DNA from: an uncultured delta proteobacterium
GTDB taxonomy: Bacteria > Desulfobacterota > Syntrophobacteria > BM002
Assembly: GCA_963712115.1 (NCBI GenBank)
Contig: CAVQGX010000008.1
Coordinates: 1 to 53,762, forward strand
Length of the DNA stretch: 53,762 bases
Direction of reading: 5' to 3'
The notes under the pieces were generated by a model that was given only the letters and a program-made list of their open reading frames with translations, made no database searches and was not told the DNA's origin. A program made the translations under genes and the position numbers. Numbering within the stretch: the first letter of the stretch is position 1; each line of letters starts with the position of its first letter. Below, one piece after another: positions 47,529 to 53,762 of the stretch.

Positions 47529-47950
47529 AACTTCAAACTACCCTCCTTTTCATAAAACTTTTCAGCACAGACGCCCTTGCTATCTATGACAATAATGCAA
47601 ACCTTGGCCTCTTCGTAACTCGGAGTAAGAACCAACCCGGCCGCGTGACTCCACCTATTGTAGATCCACACCTCATAATGACCTTCCGCAAAACCAAGTG
47701 GAGGAGAGTCACTGACGCCAACTCTGCTCAAATAGGTTTCCAATCCTTCCTTGTCTAATTTCAAGACTTGTTCCGGCTCCCCAAGTACCTCAACAATTTC
47801 CTTCTTAGTGGTCTTACCACTAATAATTTTTTTCGTATTCTTTGCGGAGAAGTTTGAACTTCCAGCTGAAACGCAGGAGGTTACCAGGTATATTAGTACT
47901 GCTGGCCAGAACAAAAAAAATGCCGTCTTTTGCCTAAACTTTAAGCCCAT
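47525..47950 (-). CDS. Lipoprotein, BamE/SmpA-like
   Basis: VTSC lipobox and GKTTKKEIVEVLGEP...WIY. Confidence 0.7.
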   Translation of the reverse strand: MGLKFRQKTAFFLFWPAVLIYLVTSCVSAGSSNFSAKNTKKIISGKTTKKEIVEVLGEPEQVLKLDKEGLETYLSRVGVSDSPPLGFAEGHYEVWIYNRWSHAAGLVLTPSYEEAKVCIIVIDSKGVCAEKFYEKEGSLKF

Positions 47951-48349
47951 AAGTTATTCCATCTGAGCAGACACGATTTTACTGCAATTTTAGAAATGCT
48001 ACGTTACTTATCTCAAGATTTCAAGGAGTGATTAGTTCTAAGCAGAAAAGATTAAGCCACGGCTGGCTCCAGCTTTAGAGTAGACGGGGAGTCCAGAATG
48101 CTGTGAATTTATTTTCTTCACATCGCCTGGCTTAGTCGCCATCATGCTCTGATGTCATTTGGCTAGAGCCGTCAGTCGGCTTCGCCGCCATTAAGCTTCG
48201 CTGTCATTTATTGTCAGGAGAGCATTACCACAATTAGTGACTATAAATGACGCCGGAGGCAAATGACTATGAGTGACGGGCGGTAAGCCTTAGCCACGAT
48301 TAAAATCCGGCAGAAATTGCTTCAACCCTCGGTGAATGGTCTGTGCCCC

Positions 48350-48625
48350 TTATTTATTCACCCGCTGCTTCAATTCCTTGCACATTTTAAAATAGGGGAG
48401 CTTTTTTCCGTCCACACCTATAAGTTCGCCGGACTTCGGATTTCTTCCCGTATAGGGTGAATACTCTTTGAGCTTAAATGTGGCAAATCCACGGATTTCG
48501 ATGCGGTCCCCCTTGGCCAAGGCAGTAGACATGGCGTCAAAGACTGATTCAACACATGCCTTGGAGTCAATTTTCGTAATACCCAAATTGTTAGTCAGCA
48601 TTTCGATGAGTTGCCCTTTGTTCAT
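48350..48625 (-). CDS. HU/IHF-beta family DNA-binding protein
   Basis: MNKGQLI, RIEIRGF, GRNPKSGE and PYFK. Confidence 0.92.
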   Translation of the reverse strand: MNKGQLIEMLTNNLGITKIDSKACVESVFDAMSTALAKGDRIEIRGFATFKLKEYSPYTGRNPKSGELIGVDGKKLPYFKMCKELKQRVNK

Positions 48626-48715
48626 AGCTAATCCCCTCTGTTTTAATAGTCCGCCCTTAACCTTTCCTCATGTAACTGCCTCTCCATTGATTGAGCTGAC
48701 TTTCCACTGTCTTCA

Positions 48716-49174
48716 TCAACTCTCATTTCGTTTATGCTTCAATGAGAGAATGTAATCCTTGTTTAGGATTACATCGCTCTGCTCTCGGCACAGATAAATG
48801 AATTGCGGTGTGTGGTTCAAGTAATCGCTGAGTCTTAACTTATCTGGTGGCAGCTCGGTGAAAAAACTGCCCTCCAGTGTATCCCCGTTGATAAGTTCTA
48901 TCTGTACCGGAATCTCGCGGCCTTCAAGCGTTTCGGGTAAGAGGTCTCGCTCCGTTAGTTCCACTTCCATAAATCTGTTCTTGCCGATCATGAGAATCTC
49001 ATCCTTGAGTACATCCTCCAGGGGTATAAAGCTCCTTTGTGAATTGAGAACATCGATGATGAGTTCCCTGCCAGACCGTTCTTCGCTGGAATAGTTGAGA
49101 AAGAAGTTTACATCCAAATTGCCGCCGGTACTTACCCGAAGGGTGGCTTGTCTTCTAAATTTGTCAACTTTCAT
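48716..49174 (-). CDS. Hypothetical protein with an internal two-fold repeat
   Basis: DVLN...FIPL and RLSDYLN...FIYL repeats. Confidence 0.7.
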   Translation of the reverse strand: MKVDKFRRQATLRVSTGGNLDVNFFLNYSSEERSGRELIIDVLNSQRSFIPLEDVLKDEILMIGKNRFMEVELTERDLLPETLEGREIPVQIELINGDTLEGSFFTELPPDKLRLSDYLNHTPQFIYLCREQSDVILNKDYILSLKHKRNES

Positions 49175-49271
49175 ATCAACGGTCCTAAATCTCGATTGTC
49201 TTGTTTTTTTCTGCACGGTACACGTGCAAGAATCATGCAGACAATAGGCAGAGTTTGAACTAAAACTATGC

Positions 49272-50210
49272 TTAGCCCCTTTTACCCCAGAAAGTGGCTA
49301 ACACCCCATCACAAAAGATCTGGCTTGGGTGGAAGACCAGGGCGGGAAGGACGGCCAAGGGATAGGCTTCGGCAAAAGCGATGGACCAAACTGCAATGGC
49401 AATTGGCAGGGTCTTCTGAGAGCAAACAATAGCCAGGGAGCGGCAGGCAGGTTCCTGTAGGCGGAAGAGGTATCTGGCACCTGTGTACCCAGCAACCAAA
49501 AGGAGCAGGTGCACTACCACCGATGGTAAGAGCAAAGAGCCGAGATGGCTGAGTGTCAAATCCTTTAGGCGATCGGCTTGTGATGAGCAGGAGAGGTAAA
49601 CGATTATCCCTAAGGCAACGAGGGGGACAGTGCGGATAAATCTTTCCTGTTGACCGGCCCAACCAGGTTTGAGTCTCTTGATGGCCTGGCCTGTTACAGC
49701 GGGGATCAATACCAGAAGCACCAGTTTTATGAGAAGCCCCGCCGTGTCCAAACGAACAACCGCCCCCAAAGACCATTGTAAGTTGAGAGGGATTGTCAGA
49801 ATGCCTATAAGGTTAAGTCCCACCGCCAGGATGAGAGCAGTGGCACCGTCCCCCCCTGCCCTTCCTGCCAGAATTGCCCCAGAGACCAGAGTGGGGGCCA
49901 TACAGCAGATCACCATGAAGCCTACTTGGTTATCGCCCCGCCAGTTGAGCAAATGGACTGAAGCATAAGCCAGTAGCGGCCCAATGATCTGAGAGATCAC
50001 AAATCCCCAGCCGATCGCTTTAGCCAACTGGGATCTCCTCTGTAACTCTTTTCCTTCGAGTCCAAGTCCCTGGTAAAAGAAGATTGCGAGGATTAGGGGA
50101 TTCGACATTCCCCAGCGCTTCAAGTACCTCCCTGGCTCAGGAAAGAACCACGCAAGGAGAATGCCCAGACAGATGGTAAGTAGAAGTAGGTTTTCTCTAA
50201 CTAACTTCAA
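49272..50210 (-). CDS. Bile acid:sodium symporter family transporter
   Basis: About 10 TM helices, PTLVSG and SQKTLP motifs. Confidence 0.85.
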   Translation of the reverse strand: MKLVRENLLLLTICLGILLAWFFPEPGRYLKRWGMSNPLILAIFFYQGLGLEGKELQRRSQLAKAIGWGFVISQIIGPLLAYASVHLLNWRGDNQVGFMVICCMAPTLVSGAILAGRAGGDGATALILAVGLNLIGILTIPLNLQWSLGAVVRLDTAGLLIKLVLLVLIPAVTGQAIKRLKPGWAGQQERFIRTVPLVALGIIVYLSCSSQADRLKDLTLSHLGSLLLPSVVVHLLLLVAGYTGARYLFRLQEPACRSLAIVCSQKTLPIAIAVWSIAFAEAYPLAVLPALVFHPSQIFCDGVLATFWGKRG

Positions 50211-50233
50211 TGTATTCTGAGATAGGTTGCTCT

Positions 50234-50737
50234 TTAATCGTATCTATTCCAATCGTGGATTTTCCCCTCTTTTTTGCAGTTAGGTTCAAAAGGGGGTTGA
50301 GGATTATTTCTTCTTTTTTCATATTCTTCTGATGTTTTTTCACTTTCTCCTGCAGCTAACACATTCACCAGGGCAAAGACATAATTACCGTCGCCATCCA
50401 CCCCGAAATTTACGGTAGTGTTATAGCCACATCCCTCTGGATGGTAGTCTTCATTGAAGGATACTTCAGCAGTAAAAGGACCGAAGGCTTGGTAGAAGGC
50501 CAAAAAGAATTTTTTGTAATTTCTGTACGTACAGCTTGCAGAAAATTCAAATTTTCCATCTGCTAAGGCGTCAAAACACTCTCTAAAATCTGCTAGCAAA
50601 TTTTGCTCTTCCAGCAATTTATTGAAATTCTCCACCATATGCCAGTGGATGAGATTGGAGAGCTGAATGGTGTAAGTATCCAAAGTGCGATACATGGCCA
50701 TATACGTGGTCGCAGTCACGCCAGGGCGTGAATTCAT
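50234..50737 (-). CDS. Hypothetical protein or gene fragment whose first codons derive from a MITE end
   Basis: MNSRPGVTATT is encoded by the repeat at 50705-50737; the rest is an open, protein-like frame. Confidence 0.5.
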   Translation of the reverse strand: MNSRPGVTATTYMAMYRTLDTYTIQLSNLIHWHMVENFNKLLEEQNLLADFRECFDALADGKFEFSASCTYRNYKKFFLAFYQAFGPFTAEVSFNEDYHPEGCGYNTTVNFGVDGDGNYVFALVNVLAAGESEKTSEEYEKRRNNPQPPFEPNCKKEGKIHDWNRYD

Positions 50738-50753
50738 GAAATATCCGGGCTAG
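50705..50753 (+). mobile_element. Right-end fragment of the MITE-like element
   Basis: CGTGGTCGCAG-TCACGCCAGGGCGTGA-ATTCATGAAATATCCGGG-CTAG. Confidence 0.72.
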
Positions 50754-50926
50754 AATTGTGTCTTTATACCACGCGATTGAGTCACCACGCACGCAAATGT
50801 TTTCAGACCAGTTGATAGGCTGTGCTCAAATAGTCAGCAAGGCGGGAAAAGCTTTTCAGGTTATCCAGATGTCAACAGTGAAAATGGCAATTTAACTACA
50901 ACATTCAAACTCCCAACTAAATCTAG

Positions 50927-51748
50927 CTACCATTTAATTCCCATTGATGTCAGGTAGTCTTGCGCTCCTTTGTGTCTTAGTTTGGCGGCAGCTTGCAAGT
51001 CCTTAATAGCTTGGTTTTTTGATCCAAGATGCCAGTATGACACCCCACGAGTGTAATAGCTGTTTGCATGCTTGGGGTCTAGCTGCAGAACCTTATTGCA
51101 ATCGTTAATGGCTCTATCATACTGTCCTGTTTTTGTATAAGCAACGCTACGATTGTAGTAAGCTATGGCGTAACTCGGGTTTACCTCAATAGCTTTGTCG
51201 TACTCTCTGATCGCTTCGTTGTAGTTGCCCTTTTTTGAATAAGTTGTTCCGCGGTTAGTGTAGTCCAACTCAGGCTTTGGGGCTTTCGACTTTGCAGTTG
51301 CCTTCGATTGACTTCCAGCTCTGGAAAGCTCAACAGTCTCCCCCTGCTCCGGCACATTGAGAAATAGCTTGCCGTCGCGCAATTCGTATTGCGTGTTTGC
51401 CGCTTTAATTGAAGCTTTGCACTGAAGAAAACCGGGGCTGTACTCTTCCATGGCCATGTTTGATTTGAGGATCCGGATCTCATTTGGGGTTATCACTACT
51501 GGAGAGGAGGTTTGGGCTACGACACTGTACTCTCTGAAAGAGCAAGTGTTGCGAGCAATTATCTGGTTTTCTTCGATGATGAGGATTAAATTGACCTTCA
51601 TTCCACTTTGCTCTAAGTCTAAGGCGTTCCAGGAACCGTAAAGCTCCGGATTGACAGGGATCTCGCCCGCAAAAGAGCTGCTGACATTAAGCACCATAAA
51701 TGTTGCTGCAATTACAAAAGAGGAAAACAGCATTTCTTTTAAATACAT
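50927..51748 (-). CDS. Secreted protein with C-terminal TPR repeats
   Basis: Signal peptide; YTNRG...AIREYDKAIEVNP, AYYNR and YYTRG. Confidence 0.85.
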   Translation of the reverse strand: MYLKEMLFSSFVIAATFMVLNVSSSFAGEIPVNPELYGSWNALDLEQSGMKVNLILIIEENQIIARNTCSFREYSVVAQTSSPVVITPNEIRILKSNMAMEEYSPGFLQCKASIKAANTQYELRDGKLFLNVPEQGETVELSRAGSQSKATAKSKAPKPELDYTNRGTTYSKKGNYNEAIREYDKAIEVNPSYAIAYYNRSVAYTKTGQYDRAINDCNKVLQLDPKHANSYYTRGVSYWHLGSKNQAIKDLQAAAKLRHKGAQDYLTSMGIKW

Positions 51749-51862
51749 TCCTGACTCCTTTCTGACTCCATCAATTAGCCGATCTTGCAGTCTAATCTGT
51801 CCTAATGGCGAAGTATCTTACCAATAGGTACTCTTTTTCCCATGGGCGATTTCCATAGAACC

Positions 51863-51878
51863 TGCAAAACTCGCACCA
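51863..51878 (-). promoter_or_regulatory. Putative sigma54 promoter
   Basis: TGGTGCGAGTTTTGCA. Confidence 0.55.
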
Positions 51879-52087
51879 GATTTCAGGATTGAATCATGGA
51901 GAGAAATATTGAGGTAGGACAAGAGATCTATTTAGGATCCAGTTAGGCGAAGCCCTACAAAAAGCTTCGAATGGCCTCACATGATATCGATTATTTAATC
52001 ATGATCTCCCACTGTAGCCATCACAAAATATGGTAGGTTTATCGTAAATAGTGAAGTGTGGAGTATGCGATCTAAACTTTCGACTCT

Positions 52088-52519
52088 CTACTTCTGTCGA
52101 TTCTTGTCTAGCTCATCCATGTAGGTCAGCAGCCTTTCTGCTGGATCGGTAAGGTGTCCGATACGGATAGCAGACTTTAATCGTAAGGCGAGGTCCTCTA
52201 TATCGAAGGGTTTACTGATAAAGTCATCAGCTCCAGCATCATCTGCTTCTACTTTTTCCGCTCCGAACCCAGTTACCAGAATGATCGGTGTATATCGTGT
52301 TTTTTCTTCTGCCCTCAACCTCCTACATGTCTCCAACCCGTCAATGCCGGGCATTTTTATGTCCAATAGAATTACCTTCGGAACGTTCTTCTTCGCTAGT
52401 TCTAAAGCTTCCTCACCATTCGCAGCCAAGATTACTTTAAGTCCTTTCGTCGGAAGAAAGACATTGAGCAAATCTCTTATAATGCTTTCATCATCTACTA
52501 CCAGAACCGTGTCCGCCAT
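52088..52519 (-). CDS. Single-domain response regulator
   Basis: VLVVDDE, LLDIKMPGIDG, IILVTG and FISKPF. Confidence 0.92.
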   Translation of the reverse strand: MADTVLVVDDESIIRDLLNVFLPTKGLKVILAANGEEALELAKKNVPKVILLDIKMPGIDGLETCRRLRAEEKTRYTPIILVTGFGAEKVEADDAGADDFISKPFDIEDLALRLKSAIRIGHLTDPAERLLTYMDELDKNRQK

Positions 52520-52606
52520 TGTGTCGGTCCTTTCAGCGCACTTTACAAGAGGCATTCGTACAGAAAATCAAAAGGTTGTCATGTAGTTTGGCGGGATAAA
52601 AGGAGC

Positions 52607-52622
52607 TGCAACGACCATGCCG
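52607..52622 (-). promoter_or_regulatory. Putative sigma54 promoter
   Basis: CGGCATGGTCGTTGCA. Confidence 0.6.
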
Positions 52623-52656
52623 ATTGGCTCCGTAGGTGGGCAACATGGAGGCATGA

Positions 52657-52692
52657 AAAAGAAAACCCCCACCGACCCTATGCCGATGGGGG
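52657..52692 (-). terminator. Intrinsic terminator
   Basis: CCCCCATCGGC...GTCGGTGGGGG-TTTTCTTTTT. Confidence 0.7.
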
Positions 52693-52792
52693 CAACAAGT
52701 AGAGAGCAGGTAGGGCATGTCCAGTCCACGGAAGCCCTACCCGTTGCATACCTTACCACAAAGGGGGTGGAGGATGGAAGAGGGTATGAATA

Positions 52793-53230
52793 CTATTGAG
52801 ATTGATTGTCTTCTTTGTAAAAGGGGAGTATTGTGATGTCTTTTGCATTAAATTTTGAAAAAGTACCATCCAATCGTCCCCCAGATTATATGGAAAGCGC
52901 ACCATATGAAATCCCCCCTAGCACTTTTCCTGTTCTGAGGACGCTCAACTTGCCGCTGCAAATTATTTCACCTTCAAAATCTCCTGCCACAGTTACATTT
53001 TCGCCTTCAATTTTCGCTTCGACCCTGCCATTTTCCAGAATTTCCAAGGAAGAACACTTTATAGTCCCCCTCACAGACCCTTCTATAATAAGGGTTCCTT
53101 CTGCTTCAATACTTCCCTCTAGTCTAACACTGGCTGAGATGAGAGTTGTCTCCATAGGCTTCATTGGATTTTTGAAGAATTTCTCTTTACCACCCTGCTC
53201 TTCGGGCTTTTCTTTTTTATTTTTCCACAT
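52793..53230 (-). pseudogene. Bactofilin (polymer-forming cytoskeletal protein) with an internal TAA
   Basis: TTLISASVRLEGSI...IEGSVRGTI beta-solenoid. TAA at 52886-52888 interrupts LSI*SGGRLDG, and the frame continues to TAG at 52793. Confidence 0.75.
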
Positions 53231-53282
53231 TGTTAATCCTCTTTTGTTTAGGAAGCGTTCAGGATTTCAGCCATACAGAATA

Positions 53283-53298
53283 AGCAAGGTTCATGCCT
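53283..53298 (-). promoter_or_regulatory. Putative sigma54 promoter
   Basis: AGGCATGAACCTTGCT upstream of bactofilin. Confidence 0.6.
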
Positions 53299-53332
53299 AC
53301 TTATCTCGTGTGCCAGGAAGCGGAGGAAGGAT

Positions 53333-53380
53333 GGAAAAGAAAGCCCCCACTGACTCAACCACACTCAAAGTCAATGGGGG
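53333..53380 (-). terminator. Intrinsic terminator
   Basis: CCCCCATTGAC...GTCAGTGGGGG-CTTTCTTTT. Confidence 0.7.
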
Positions 53381-53556
53381 ATGAAAACAAGGATTCAATG
53401 GCGGGCATTAATTCTCGGCAGCGGTATTTAACTCGGAGACTGTTTGGTTGTCAAGTCTTTACTGCGATAATCCGATGAAGCCTCCGACTCGGTAGAAGCA
53501 AAAAAAAGCGGATCCGAAGCTCCACAATGCTCTTTAAAAGGTGAACAAGAAATGAG

Positions 53557-53760
53557 CTAACTTGCAGGTTGTAGGGGCTTGTCTACTGTAGCAAGAGATT
53601 TTCTTTGTTCAAGAAGATACTTCTCCTCCAGAAGTCGAAGTTTCTCCAGCCTCCATCTCAAAGAATCAAGTTCGGATTCCTTTAAGGCGATGAAACTGCC
53701 AACTTCTGCTATCTCCTCCTTATATTTTGAGGATAACAGTGCTAGAAAACGGAACAGAAA
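53557..53760 (-). CDS. 3' end of a hypothetical coiled-coil protein running off the window
   Basis: 68 open codons (FLFRFLALL...PLQPAS*), manually translated. Confidence 0.5.
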   Translation of the reverse strand, partial: FLFRFLALLSSKYKEEIAEVGSFIALKESELDSLRWRLEKLRLLEEKYLLEQRKSLATVDKPLQPAS

Positions 53761-53762
53761 GT

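Overview
A chromosomal window from what looks like an anaerobic deltaproteobacterium (Desulfobacterota-like). This is inferred from the split methylmalonyl-CoA mutase cluster, W-type aldehyde oxidoreductase, rubrerythrin, many PilZ proteins and many sigma54-type promoters. The left end carries a methylmalonyl/propionyl-CoA module (split mutase, MeaB, epimerase, carboxyltransferase), then FtsB-like, TPR, efp, an acyltransferase-esterase fusion and ferredoxin-rubrerythrin. The middle has AOR-MoaD, a lone mreB, acpP and an lpxA-like gene. The right half is a patchwork of small signalling and envelope genes (PilZ, FHA, OmpA, TPR, HtrA, HU/IHF, bactofilin), several of them truncated. No rRNA, tRNA, CRISPR array or transposase was recognised. 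Notable points: (1) a DUF166-like gene split by an in-frame TGA followed by a SECIS-like hairpin, i.e. a probable selenoprotein with a U-C motif; (2) a ~170-200 bp non-autonomous element with 18-bp terminal inverted repeats and YTAR flanks, present as 5 full and 4 reduced copies, with a covarying internal fold and nested micro-palindromes; (3) many families of 7-8-mer tandem repeats arranged as intergenic hairpins; (4) about ten sigma54 -24/-12 motifs in front of small PilZ, cytoskeletal and orphan genes, plus PilZ-FHA and FHA-MshEN-like fusions; (5) several promoter-hairpin-terminator small RNA candidates. All calls come from reading the sequence by eye; no database search was run.
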